Source: Amphiscolops sp. MND2022
Taxonomy: Eukaryota
Reading direction: 5' to 3'
DNA length: 64,000 nt
Assembly (NCBI GenBank): GCA_964187785.1
Contig: OZ076409.1
Coordinates: 56,296,001 to 56,360,000, forward strand
Shown here: piece by piece, positions 12,854 to 25,972 of the stretch
Position numbering within the stretch: the first letter of the stretch is position 1
Layout: each line of letters opens with the position of its first letter
Notes under the pieces: model-generated
Told to the model about the DNA's origin: nothing
Database searches by the model: none
The model's input: the letters and a program-made list of their open reading frames with translations, nothing else
Made by a program: the position numbers and the translations under genes

Positions 12854-13479
12854 TTTCGTGACGAGTGTGTATGCACGCTAAAAAGCCACTATGATGACGG
12901 CTTTTTCATACATCAAGCAAATATTCATTTCATGATTTTTTTCACAATGATTTGTGGTTCAGTTTTCGTTTTCGTGTGATCTCTAGTTGAACAAAGTGCG
13001 TGAAACAAGTCTTTTTAATTGTCGAGTGTTGTACTATTGGACTGTAATGCGAACTGGAGAAACAATTTTACCAACAAAAAATTCATTTCCACTCCTTACT
13101 TTTTTTAGCGTACCGCTTTAGCTATCCATGCCAATGTAAATTCTTTCCCTTCTGAAATCTCATCTAGGTGGTGCAATTTTTGGTACTAGTGTGTATACGA
13201 CGACGTCTTCTCCATACATCAAGCAAAGATTATTTTTATGAATATTTTCACGATGATTTTTGGTTCAGTTTTCGTTTCCGTTTGATCTCTAGTTGTCAAA
13301 TCTTTTCAACTGTCGAGTTTTGTACTATTGGACTGTACTATGAAATGAAGAAACACTTTTACGAACGAAACTCAAATTTACTTCCATTTCTTACATACCT
13401 ATCTAGCTATTCATGTCAGTGAATCCTGCCATCTACAATTGTGAAACTGCAGTTTCACAACTGTTTCCATGAAGAAAAG

Positions 13480-13615
13480 ATGACAAAAGCCTATAAAAAG
13501 ACCGGTCTTCTTTCGTTTATTCTTTTGATAATTATTCTGCTCGCAGTTTCCCATTTCTACTATGGTTCTTCAATCACCCAGATTCCCAATATAATCAATA
13601 CCACAGTCAGCAGAG
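13480..13615 (+). CDS. Putative exon 1a of methyltransferase copy B: type II signal-anchor
   Basis: MTKAYKK-TGLLSFILLIIILLAVSHFYYG-SSITQIPNIINTTVSR: basic tail, hydrophobic helix, start of stem; donor not certain (AG|GAAAG at 13616 gives the required phase 1). Confidence 0.55.
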
Positions 13616-14607
13616 GAAAGGTTCCCTTATTATCTGGTTTTTCTGAAGGACCAGAGAGTGATACGAGAGCCACCTCGGATCTCTCGAAACTATTACTAGC
13701 AGGCATTGTTGCTTAAACTGTCAAAATTTGGTATTAAACTTGAATTATTACTATTTTTTTTGAAAACATTTGTATGACATTGAAAACATTGAAAACATTT
13801 AAACTGTGAAAACTTTGTATTGAACTTAAATTATTACTAACTTTTTTGAAAACAATTGTTATGCTCAACTAACAAAGATTTATTGAAAGGAGATATGATA
13901 CCTATTTTGTTTTGGAACCTGGAGCTCAATGTGTCCATCTGGCTTCAGTTTGTAGTTGAAAACTTTTAGTTATATAAAAAACTGCTAAGATGGAAAGTAT
14001 CTTATAAAATTTTCATGTACAATGTAGAAACATCGGGAGTTAAATCGTCTGGTAATGATATATGCAACCACCAATGCAAAATTACTCGAAATATCTAGTG
14101 TAAAACATACCGGAGATTCCTTAGGTAAAACAACCCGAGTTTGCAAATTAAAGTCGGCGCGAGAATTAATTACCATAACGTAGTCAACTTACACAGACAT
14201 TCGATGAACGTACTGTCTCTTAATGAGATTTGTGCTTTCTTGCGCTTTTCGGATCAAAACACCAGGCATTTTGCAGGCAAATTTTCCCCGATTTCAGGTA
14301 TTTTTCATGCATTCCAGTTTTTTCTATGGTGCCTTCTTAGGTGTAGTTGCAAGAAAGTTGAGTCAATTTAGCTCAAGCCATTTGTACAACGTTTTATCGA
14401 CTGCAATTGTTCTTTGAATAATTTGAGCTAGCTCAAAGTGATTTTTTCCAAGCGTGTCAGTTTTTGAGAACTAAAAACTTTCAGTTTTTCAATTTGTGGG
14501 CAATTCCACAGAAAATATTACGTAAAAAGAAACAACACTTCTGAGGCTTACCTTGAGTGGGGAAGCGATGAAAAGGTTTTTCTGAACATATTCAAACATG
14601 TCTGTAG

Positions 14608-14758
14608 CAGTGACGTCTAATAATACGACTAACACTAGCAATGACGTCAACACATTAGTGTGTCCAATCTGTGGGGCTACCAAGTCATCACTAATTACTC
14701 TGGGTGCTAAGACGCTGGGCCCCAAATGGAACCCTCACTTTAACCTCTCCTGGGTAAG
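14608..14758 (+). CDS. Exon 2a of methyltransferase copy B (stem plus first CxxC)
   Basis: TAG/CAG tandem acceptor; AVTSNNTTNTSNDVNTLVCPICGATKSSLITLGAKTLGPKWNPHFNLSWV; donor AAG|GTCAGT in phase 2 joins exon 3 to give WVRCSKC. Confidence 0.8.
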
Positions 14759-15377
14759 GTCAGTATCCGGTCAATGGTACAAAAAACGCCATTCTACTCC
14801 AGTTAACCTTCTGTAGACCTTAGGAAACAAAATTGAGCAAAACGTTTATTAGAATTCTATCGAGAGCGAGGCATCAATTTTTTTTACAAAAAGAGGAGAT
14901 CGTACCAAATGAAAACAAGGTTTGGATAAAGTTTTGGCAATTTTTTTTTGCGTGAACGTTCTGTTTAGAGAATACAATGATTCACTGTGTAAACCAATCA
15001 ATTAGTGTATTCTGGTCAAAACGTGTACCAGACTAAAGTTAATTTTAATCATATTTTGTATAGAGATGTTAATGTATTCTTTCTGCAGCAGTAAATTTCA
15101 AGTTCATGTACAGTTTCCGTTGCTGGCACTCAATTGTGAAAGTAGCCTTTTTGCAGCAGTAACTTTCATGCACAGTTTTCATTTCTGGCGCTCGTTTTTT
15201 CACAAAAGGTTCCACACACCTGTCTTCTTCAACTAAAATTCTTTTTAAATTATTCCTTAGACGGTATTCAAGCTCGCTGTCTCGCAGATACTAGAAGGGA
15301 CTGAACGTTCGGATGCGTTCTTTTTCCAGAACACTTTGACATACCTATTATCATTCGCAAATTGTAAATTCTTTTCC

Positions 15378-15464
15378 TTTCTTTTCTGAAATCTCATCTA
15401 TGTAGTGCAATTTTTGGGACCGTCCCAAAAATTGCACTACATAGATGAGATTTCAGAAAAGAAA
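15378..15464. repeat. Second copy of the 87-bp perfect inverted repeat
   Basis: Identical to 12767-12853, carried by the tandem duplication. Confidence 0.97.
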
Positions 15465-16090
15465 TTTCGTGACGAGTGTGTATGCACGCTAAAAAGCCAC
15501 TATGATGACGGCTTTTTCATACATCAAGCAAATATTCATTTCATGATTTTTTTCACAATGATTTGTGGTTCAGTTTTCGTTTTCGTGTGATCTCTAGTTG
15601 AACAAAGTGCGTGAAACAAGTCTTTTTAATTGTCGAGTGTTGTACTATTGGACTGTAATGCGAACTGGAGAAACAATTTTACCAACAAAAAATTCATTTC
15701 CACTCCTTACTTTTTTTAGCGTACCGCTTTAGCTATCCATGCCAATGTAAATTCTTTCCCTTCTGAAATCTGATCTAGGTGGTGCAATTTTTGGTACTAG
15801 TGTGTATACGACGACGTCTTCTCCATACATCAAGCAAAGATTATTTTTATGAATATTTTCACGATGATTTTTGGTTCAGTTTTCGTTTCCGTTTGATCTC
15901 TAGTTGTCAAATCTTTTCAACTGTCGAGTTTTGTACTATTGGACTGTACTATGAAATGAAGAAACACTTTTACGAACGAAACTCAAATTTACTTCCATTT
16001 CTTACATACCTATCTAGCTATTCATGCCAGTGAATCCTGCCATCTACAATTGTGAAACTGCAGTTTCACAACAGTTTCCATGGAGAAAAG

Positions 16091-16226
16091 ATGACAAAAG
16101 CCTATAAAAAGACCGGTCTTCTTTCGTTTATTCTTTTGATAATTATTCTGCTCGCAGTTTCCCATTTCTACTATGGTTCTTCAATCACCCAGATTCCCAA
16201 TATAATCAATACCACAGTCAGCAGAG
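16091..16226 (+). CDS. Duplicated exon 1b (signal-anchor)
   Basis: Copy of 13480-13615; base 16227 is A where 13616 is G. Confidence 0.45.
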
Positions 16227-17218
16227 AAAAGGTTCCCTTATTATCTGGTTTTCCTGAAGGACCAGAGAGTGATACGAGAGCCACCTCGGATCTCTCGAAA
16301 CTATTACTAGCAGGCATTGTTGCTTAAACTGTCAAAATTTGGTATTAAACTTGAATTATTACTATTTTTTTTGAAAACATTTGTATGACATTGAAAACAT
16401 TGAAAACATTTAAACTGTGAAAACTTTGTATTGAACTTAAATTATTACTAACTTTTTTGAAAACAATTGTTATGCTCAACTAACAAAGATTTATTGAAAG
16501 GAGATATGATACCTATTTTGTTTTGGAACCTGGAGCTCAATGTGTCCATCTGGCTTCAGTTTGTAGTTGAAAACTTTTAGTTATATAAAAAACTGCTAAG
16601 ATGGAAAGTATCTTATAAAATTTTCATGTACAATGTAGAAACATCGGGAGTTAAATCGTCTGGTAATGATATATGCAACCACCAATGCAAAATTACTCGA
16701 AATATCTAGTGTAAAACATACCGGAGATTCCTTAGGTAAAACAACCCGAGTTTGCAAATTAAAGTCGGCGCGAGAATTAATTACCATAACGTAGTCAACT
16801 TACACAGACATTCGATGAACGTACTGTCTCTTAATGAGATTTGTGCTTTCTTGCGCTTTTCGGATCAAAACACCAGGCATTTTGCAGGCAAATTTTCCCC
16901 GATTTCAGGTATTTTTCATGCATTCCAGTTTTTTCTATGGTGCCTTCTTAGGTGTAGTTGCAAGAAAGTTGAGTCAATTTAGCTCAAGCCATTTGTACAA
17001 CGTTTTATCGACTGCAATTGTTCTTTGAATAATTTGAGCTAGCTCAAAGTGATTTTTTCCAAGCGTGTCAGTTTTTGAGAACTAAAAACTTTCAGTTTTT
17101 CAATTTGTGGGCAATTCCACAGAAAATATTACGTAAAAAGAAACAACACTTCTGAGGCTTACCTTGAGTGGGGAAGCGATGAAAAGGTTTTTCTGAACAT
17201 ATTCAAACATGTCTGTAG

Positions 17219-17369
17219 CAGTGACGTCTAATAATACGACTAACACTAGCAATGACGTCAACACATTAGTGTGTCCAATCTGTGGGGCTACCAAGTCATC
17301 ACTAATTACTCTGGGTGCTAAGACGCTGGGCCCCAAATGGAACCCTCACTTTAACCTCTCCTGGGTAAG
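17219..17369 (+). CDS. Duplicated exon 2b (CPICG exon)
   Basis: No differences seen from 14608-14758, including acceptor and AAG|GTCAGT donor. Confidence 0.75.
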
Positions 17370-17989
17370 GTCAGTATCCGGTCAATGGTACAAAAAACGC
17401 CATTCTACTCCAGTTAACCTTCTGTAGACCTTAGGAAACAAAATTGAGCAAAACGTTTATTAGAATTCTATCGAGAGCGAGGCATCAATTTTTTTTACAA
17501 AAAGAGGAGATCGTACCAAATGAAAACAAGGTTTGGATAAAGTTTTGGCAATTTTTTTTTGCGTGAACGTTCTGTTTAGAGAATACAATGATTCACTGTG
17601 TAAACCAATCAATTAGTGTATTCTGGTCAAAACGTGTACCAGACTAAAGTTAATTTTAATCAAATTTTGTATAGAGATGCGAAGTGGAAATTAGTCAAAT
17701 GCGTAAATTAATATAGTGTAGATGAGTCAAACCACGAATTTTAACCACTTAGTGAAACGATTAATCAAATAGTGTATTGAGTATCGAAACGTAATGAGTA
17801 TTTTAAAGAAAAACGCGTTGTTATTGGCTATTTATCGAACTAGCACAATTTTCAATGTATCGTAATGTAGAATTGAAAATTGTAAAAAAATCACACGTAA
17901 CAGTTTTGTCCTTTCAGAGCTTGCAATTTCGATATTTTCAAAATTCACAAACTTAGCTTGCAAGAGCGAAATTAGAAGGACATTCCAAT

Positions 17990-19460
17990 AACTGATCCCC
18001 AAGAGTCACTGAAGGTTTGCGTAGCTAGCCAAGTATAATAGCAAATATAGACTCAAGGCCTGCTAGACTGAATGAACATTACAGTTCCAGAAGTGGGTAT
18101 TTTGAGTTTTTGCAGTGGATTTAGGTGGACGGCTGTTTTGGAGGGCATGCAGCGTAATCCACTGACAAATGCTACTACGTCGCAGTTGATTCAAACCTAT
18201 TGACAGATTTCGTTTCAGCGGATTTCGCTGCGTGCATTGGATTCCACAACCAAACACCTTAAACTTGCGAATCTTGCAGTGGATTCCATTAAATGCTGCA
18301 GTGGAATCCACTAAAGGCTCAATGATCTGTTTGGCGTATCTTGATCCAATATTTGATCCAAAAGAGTCACTGAAGCTTGGCGCATCTAGCCAAGTATAAT
18401 AGCAATTTTAAACTCAAGGTCTGCTAGACTGAATAAACATTACAGTGCCAAAAGTGGGTGTTTTGAGTTTTTGCAGTGGAATTCGGTGAATGGGTGTTTT
18501 GGAAGGTATGGACCGTAATCCACTGACAAATGCTTTTATGTCGCAGCCGATTCCGCCTATTGGCAGATTTTTTTTGGCGGATTCCGCTGCGTGCATTGGA
18601 TTTCACAACCAAGCACCCTAAACATCCGAATCTGCAGTGGATTCCAATAAATGCTGCGATGAATTCCACTAAACGCTAAAATGATCGCTGCAGTGGATTC
18701 CACTGTTGACTGCAGTGGAATCCACCGCTGGCTGTAGTGGATTCCACTGCAGTGTTTTAGTGGAAGTCACTGCTGCGTTTTATTGGAATTCGTTGTCTTG
18801 TTTCAATACCATCCAGTAGAATTATCAACCAGTAGAATTTCGGTTATTAATTCGTGTTTCTTTCAGCAAATTCAAACTACCACAACTACCAGACACAGAT
18901 TTTAAAACCACAATAGAGACTTTACAAAGTACAGCAGAAGAATTAATTTATTTTTTAGAAGAAGGTAAACAATTAGTCATAATTTGTTAAATAGCAAAAA
19001 AGCAACAAAAAGTGGATTTCACAAGATTTAAAGGAATGTTTTCAATGTATTTATCCTCAATGCCGAATGGACCTGATGGGACATATATTCAGGAAAGAGC
19101 AAACCATTTTCCAGCTACATCAACGGCAAGGGATTCGCAAAGGCCGACACAGAAAAATGTATGTGATGGAACATCAGAAAAACAAACAAGAAGAAGTCGA
19201 GCAGAGAACAGAACTTTACAAAGTACAGAAGGAGAATTATTTGCCATAATTTTTCAGAAAACAAAGCAACAAAAAGTGGATTTCACAAGATTTGAGTTGC
19301 TTACGAATCTTTCCTCCAACCACGTAGTGGATTCCACTCCGGCCTACAGTCGACTTCACTCGTTTTGGTATTCGATTCATCAGGTTGAAAAGTGGAATCG
19401 ACTGAGCACCAAAGTGGAATTGACTGCGAGCCAAGTTTCGAAGAACGTGAGTGGATTTCG
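17990..19460. repeat. Structured repeat: two diverged 360-bp tandem units plus many quasi-palindromic AGTGGA(T/A)TCCACT motifs
   Basis: About 17990-18350 vs 18350-18700 (GAGTCACTGAAG, TGCTAGACTGAAT offsets about 360); roughly 18 motif variants between 18110 and 19460; internal duplication near 18915-19030 vs 19210-19290. Confidence 0.8.
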
Positions 19461-19566
19461 GTAAATTAAAAGGACAAAGCACAAAAGGATGCTATCCCAC
19501 TGTAATGAACTTTTCAAAGCTCAAAACCTAAGATCTTAAATTGCTTTTCGCTTATGTTGGTATATC

Positions 19567-22500
19567 TATCTTGATCTTATGACGTAATCAAGTAATCTTT
19601 TTCTTTCACCTAAATACCAGACTGTAAATTGGTTAGACTATATATACGTGACTTGAATGTAAAGTATATTCCTCACTAATTCACATTCATATTCACACGT
19701 TGAAGTGTATCTTGAACTGAACAGTCAATTCATTTTAACCATACACTTGTTCTTTTTTCTAGACCTAATACTGCAGCTCTGTTAGCGTCTCGTTTAAATT
19801 ACTTCCTTTTATCTGTTTTCTGAAACGAAATCGTTTTGATCTAAACCGAAGCATGACAACAAAACAAACAGTTAAAAACAAGTATTGTCACTGGTGCAAC
19901 TACGTTCTTCGTTTGCTTTTCCATTTTTTTGTAGGACCTACTCGGAGTTTGTTCGATGTTTCATATAGGTACAATTTCCTCTTTCTTCACTGATCAAAAA
20001 TTCAGTGATGTGGCCTCGTTTTTGGTACATCTCAACTCTGTAATAATCACTTCCGTGATTCGACTTTCCGTCAGTTCAACTATCTCTACTAACCTGAAAG
20101 ACGGTTCTACATTTTGTCGGAAGGGTAGACACCTTCTGTACTTATCTGAAAGACGGTTCGACATCTCGTGTCGGTACATCATTACCCTTTTGTACTAACC
20201 AAACAATTTTGATTCGACTCTTTGTCGGTACACCGTTTTCGTACAAACCAAGATAATTTTTGATTCGACCTATTCGTCGCTACAACTGTATTCTAATGAT
20301 AATTTTCTAACGTTTTGACCTCACTGCATTAATTGCCTTTGTTGTCGACAAATTAATTCTTGATTTCATTCCTCGATAATTTTCGCCATTCATCCCCCAC
20401 TCCCTTTTTTATTGAAATCATGTAACTCATATTCTTTTCATCCCTATATTTTTGCAATGATTGTACTTATAAAGCTCCTCAATGAAAAAATTGTTGAAAC
20501 CTTCTTTCAGTAGCTCCTTTATCCTAAAATACTTAGTTCCTTTGTACCCATATTATTCTCTCTTTCACCTTCACCCATTCTCAAATCTTTTACCAGGTCA
20601 CCACCAGAACATTTCAACTTCTCTCATCTGTTCCACGTTCATCACACCTCTTTCATTGTTCCCAACCCCCTTCCCATGATCCCTTCCTCTTTCAAGTTTC
20701 CCCCTCTCACCTATTATGTCCACCTCCTCTTCATTTCGTTTTTCACTGTCCTCTTCATTAAATACCTATTTCTCTTCCCAGAAAACACCTCCGTACCGAA
20801 GATTTTAATCTCTATCCCCCTACGGCATATCCAGACCTGCATAGCGATTTTCAATTTCACTGCATACTTCTTCACTTTAAACTTCATTGTCATTCTTCAT
20901 CATGACCACTCCTCCATCGTCATAATTAACATCTAAACTTTGTGAAATTAAAACTAGCTTCGGCAAATTACTGAACAATACTACAGTTGAACCACCAAAC
21001 TTTCTTTTGAAACACACCCCGAAGACATTTAAGCTGCTCCTCACTTTCATGAACATCTTGACTCATATCTCTATTTCATAGATTGAACCTCATTCGTTGA
21101 CTGAAACTCCCATTGAACCTCACCTTGCAATCCCTTTCACCCACTCTCTCGTAATTTCGGAACCCATCCGGAAGAATATATATCCTTCCAATAACCATCT
21201 CTCCAGGTTTTAAGAAGAAACTTTCTTTTTCAACATGTCTTCACACCGTTCTCAATTCAAGCACTACCCCGAAAGGAAAAGAAACTCTGTTTGAAGTTCC
21301 AAATTTTGAACAAATCCGCTCTATTGGAAAAATTCTCGATAACTAATCTGGGACACAGAGTACCAGGACGCTTTTAAAATTTTCCATCACATTTTCAAAA
21401 TGAAGGGCTCCTCCCTTTTATCATCAAGAATGATGATTAAAATCCCGAATTTTACAACCTTCATGATTTTCTTGTTGATCATTTCAATTATGTCCAATAT
21501 GATGATGAGAATCTAGATAAAAGTCTTGATTTTTTTTTACTCTTCTTCGTCCATTCCTAACATATACTCCTCATTCACCTAATATTGATCTTACCTCTGA
21601 AGTCTCTCCTCAAACTCGTACTTCTGCCTATAACGTTCTGGTTAACTTTCATGCTATTTCCAATCCTAATCCTAAATTGGATCCTCCCCTTCCACCTCCA
21701 ACAACAAGTCAACCTTCTACCTTTCACTCACCACGAATGTATCACAGCCTTCTACTTTCCGTTCTCGCATTCCTCGAACCACAACGTCACACACTCAAAA
21801 TCCACCTCGTCTCCTTTCATCATTTTCTAAGCCACTTTCTATAATTCAAATTTCTTTTCCTATAACAACACAACCCCACCCGTCCTCATCTACTATGTTG
21901 ATTCCTCCAATTACCTCTTTCACTATTCCTCAATCATTTTCACATCCACCTCTCAATAAAACTATTAACTGTTACAATCTTCACGCTTCTCTCCAATCCT
22001 CCTTTCAAACTTATCCAAACCCTTTTTTCAACAACCTTCACCACCCAATCATCTTCCACCTTCCTATTTACCTTTGATCACTCTATCTGATCCGATTAAA
22101 CTCTTTGGTGTCTTAGATCATGTTTATCATTTAGAAGACATCCTTGCACACCTTAGTGCTTGTGTAACGTTTCAACTTGATCCTGAACCTTTAGAGACAC
22201 AATCCTTATTCAACATCGCACTCTGGTCGTACATCATTTTTATATTGTTCTTTTACAGGCACTGCCTCAAATTAGTTTGATCGCTTACCTCAAAGTTATA
22301 AAGACGATTGGTCCTATTTTTTTTTACAAACTTTCAAGAAACAATTCTTTTCTCAAAAACATGCGCACCATGCTCAACATGACACTCTTTCGTTTGCGAA
22401 ACAAGACAATGAAAATGTTTGCCCTTGTGCCCTAAGTGTTGAAACCCTTGTTAAACAGTGATGTCAAGATGAATACCGATCGACCCTCAATCTCAAATGT

Positions 22501-25500
22501 AATGAAGTTTTTAAACTTTTACACGCAGTAGCCTGAAAAAGATTTTGAAATTTCCAAAAGAATGTCAATCATATCTCTAGTTCTCTTGAACCTTCCATTC
22601 CAATCTTTTCTCATGTCAATATGGATGATTCTGAAGATATCACCCTTTAAAAAACCAGAAGTCAAAAACTTTCTGTATTAATTATTTCACCCTATGACAC
22701 TATAAACAAACCCCTCTATTACAGATAACTCTTATACACCTCAACTTCACTCTGTTCATTCCATTATAAAAAGTAAAACACAATTTAAAATATATCGTCC
22801 ATCTTGTCACAAAATGAACGCTTCTGGATATACATGTTTTCGTCGCCTCAATGCTCTCCAAAGTAACAAACCTCACTCTAAGTCTCTTACACCTACGTTC
22901 TAAAAATATAAATCTCGGGTCACCTCTAGTTGTAACAACTCGAAATTCAACTCCCGCTCTTTTCATTTTGACAGAAATAAATCTAGTTATGATCAATCTT
23001 TACAAAAATCCCAAAGGTTACAAACACCTGGAATACGTTCACGTTCATCATTTTACTATACTTCTCCACACAGTCTTTACAAACACCCTTCACGTTCTCG
23101 TGAACCATCAAATAGTTATAAGAACATACTCTGTAAAAGCGAAAAAATTGTAAACGCTTACTGTCAAAGTCAATCACATTCTGTCTTTTGTGATATTCTT
23201 CCCTCCATCTTAGATCAATGATCTCTTCGACAGAAAGATGTTTCTCATTCGATAACACTTTTTTTCAGTACTAGTATAATTTCCCACGAATTTGAACTGT
23301 CACATCACTATAAAAACTTGAACAGAACCCAACATATTCGAAATTCTGATAGCTTTTCTTTTAAAATCTCTCTGAATTTTTTTTGTAGACATGATTGTTT
23401 CCTGTCACAACTATCAATCTTCGTAGACAAGATTGCTTCTGTCATTTATTTTGCTACTTCTTCACCAAAACAAAATTTGAAAACAAGTAGCTCCAATACC
23501 GTTCTGATATTTAATTTCTTTCACACTTATACTTTCTTCTGACTCACGCTTGATCTCTTCACTACTCTTCTACTCTTCTCCACGAGGACATCTTCTGAAC
23601 ACTCAGATTCCAAGACTGCCTACCCATTTCTCACACAATCGTTGACTTCACCCATCAGTACATTTCTGTCCCTCATTGATTTGACTTCGATTCCACCTTT
23701 GATACAACCTTCTCCATTGTCATCCACATCTTCTGCAACACCCACTACCTCTGTGTCATCCACATCGACACCTGCCTTCACCCACCTTCCACATGTTCCA
23801 CCACAGATACCGTTGCCACCAATACTCGTCAGAACTATGTCCTTGTGTTCGCCAGTTGACAACACATCTCCAGACCCGCGAACCCCGTCATAAAAAACGG
23901 TATCAACTTGCTCCTGGTGAAGCTGGGTCGATCATCAAAAGAATCGTCCACACTGTTGTATATAAACGAAAACTGACTAGACCCTGTTTGAGAAAAAATG
24001 CGTTCCTTGCAAGGATCTTGCAAGATCCTTGTAAAAATGCAATTACTTGTAAGATCTTGCAAGGAAATTTGATTCTCGTCATCGATGCACTGAAGCATAA
24101 GGAACAATACTTAGACTCTCTCATTATTGATCAATTTTACGAAACTAAAGGCAATAGTTTTACTGAAATCTCTAATCAAAGTTTCCGTTTTGTGCTGACA
24201 ATATTTGGAAACCCCCTACAACAAAACTTTACTTTAAATGCGCCTCAAATCAAATCAAATCAAATCAATTCAACCCTCATTCTGCTTGAAATAACTACTC
24301 TAAATCTAATAAAAATAACTTGGCATGCTTTTCATCATTTTGTTCACCCTCCCTTTTTTTTCTAATCACCCTCTCTTGCAAATCATCATATCCGTCACTT
24401 CTTTTGATAAATCACTTAATTCCTTGCGGAATCTAATATATTCTCTGAACGATGTTGATTAGTACTCTCATACACTATGCTATATATTCATTATTGCTTA
24501 TCTGTACAATTTTTTATGTGCTTACATTTACAAGAGTATAATCTTTTCTCATAAAAGGTAAAATGTCCCAATATTCGGCTATCAAAACATTTTGACACTT
24601 GTTCCGATTTTCACTTTTACAAGATAATTTTTCATAATTTTTTTTTCATTTTCTTTCCCCTACCGTTGTAACCATCTTCACTTTTATATTTCACCCTCCT
24701 CATATTCTTTTAAGTCTCCTCACAGTTTAAAATGTTAAAACGTTCCTCCGTTTTTTGAACCCAAACCCAATTATTTTTACATTTTCGTCAATAGTTTCGG
24801 TTCTAATCCAAAGTTTCTCCAAATTTCAAATCTTCTAGTTTCACAAGAAACTTACTTACCTTACTCAATGATATTCATTTGAATGACTCCCCTCCGATTG
24901 TTCTTTTAAATTCTTCACTTTTGTAAAACGCGCCACTTGTTGAATTTTTTCAATGGATGTTGACTGATGATGACTTACGTTTCGAACAAAAACTTTGTCA
25001 TTTTACTAACGAAACGTTTTTAACCCTGCATTTCCGTTCATCTAGAATTAAGAAAACAAGGATTAATGCTAAGTTGACATGAAAACGAAGTCTCTTTATT
25101 CTTCCCTGAAAACGAAAGCCGCTCTTCACTCCAAAATTTAACTTTCTCCTACCAAGTTGGTCCTTTCTAAGTCACTTCAAATGTAAAAAGCCCCCGAATG
25201 AAACATGATGAAAGTATAGATGAAGATCAAACATGGTGGAAGACTTTTGAAATTGGAAATGCAATGCAAAGCTTCTAAGTTCTACCAAACGTTGAATTTG
25301 ACTCTAACATAACAAATTTTGTCCACTGTTAAATTCACCTCCGGATTTAGTAAACTTACCCTCCATGAAGCGAGTACTTTCCGCATAACTCTATGTTAGG
25401 AACGAAGGAATAAAAATTTGCAAAAATACACCTGAAAAAAACTTTGTAAAAAGATTACCTCTTGAATACACCAATTTAATAAAACCACTACCTCTATTCA

Positions 25501-25972
25501 AAACTTCTGAAGAGCCTCTATATCTTAAATCGAACTCCAAACTCATACCTAAATTCGAACTCTAATTCTATATTTTCCACAAACTTTCTGGTTCAACTCT
25601 TATGAATTTCTCCAAGTTGCTAGATAATTTCTCGTCTTTAAAACCCGGTCGGATCACATAACCATCTTAATGCTATGACATTATCATTAAACTTTTTTCA
25701 TTCACCTATTCACCAGACTGTAAAAGGTCCAGACTAATTATATGTGACTTGAATGTAAATGATATTGCTTCATCGATTCACCTTTGTATTCACAAGTTGA
25801 TTTGTATCTCGAACTGAACAGTCAATTCAATCTTCTCTTTAATTTGTTCTTCAATCTGTGCAGCTCTGCTAGCGTCTCGTTCTCTGTCTCAGTTTTCTAA
25901 ATTAAAGTCATTCTGATCTAAACCGAAACATCCGAAACATAACAACAGAACAAACAACTAAACATAAGTACT
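19567..25972 (-). mobile_element. Old, heavily degenerate LTR retrotransposon (probably Gypsy)
   Basis: Diverged direct repeats about 19567-19890 and 25665-25972 (shared CCAGACTGTAAA, GTGACTTGAATGTAAA, GAACTGAACAGTCAATTCA, GATCTAAACCGAA); TGG-start PBS candidate at plus 25647-25664; pyrimidine run at 19905-19929 as PPT; only weak protease/RNase H-like remnants on the minus strand. Confidence 0.6.
23975..24070. repeat. Short array of CTTGCAAG(G)AT motifs, likely DNA-transposon/MITE subterminal fragment
   Basis: CTTGCAAGGATCTTGCAAGATCCTTGTAA...CTTGTAAGATCTTGCAAG; similar style array at 63705-63830. Confidence 0.45.

Larger units (their letters stand above)
12455..17679. repeat. Head-to-tail tandem duplication, 2611-bp unit (12455-15065, 15066-17676)
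   Basis: All ORF-track coordinates offset by exactly 2611; only about 8 substitutions seen; 3-bp ATG microhomology at the junction. Confidence 0.97.

Noticed and set aside
18110-19460. CRISPR-like array from repeated palindromic motifs
   Set aside because: Motifs are only about 13 bp, variable and irregularly spaced, spacers are not unique, no cas genes, eukaryotic context
19012-19464. 150-aa ORF as a gene
   Set aside because: Built from an internal duplication and repeat motifs; no recognisable domain
23620-23893. Mucin-like Ser/Thr/Pro-rich protein on the plus strand
   Set aside because: By-product of the C-rich strand skew inside the LTR element; no splice signals or context
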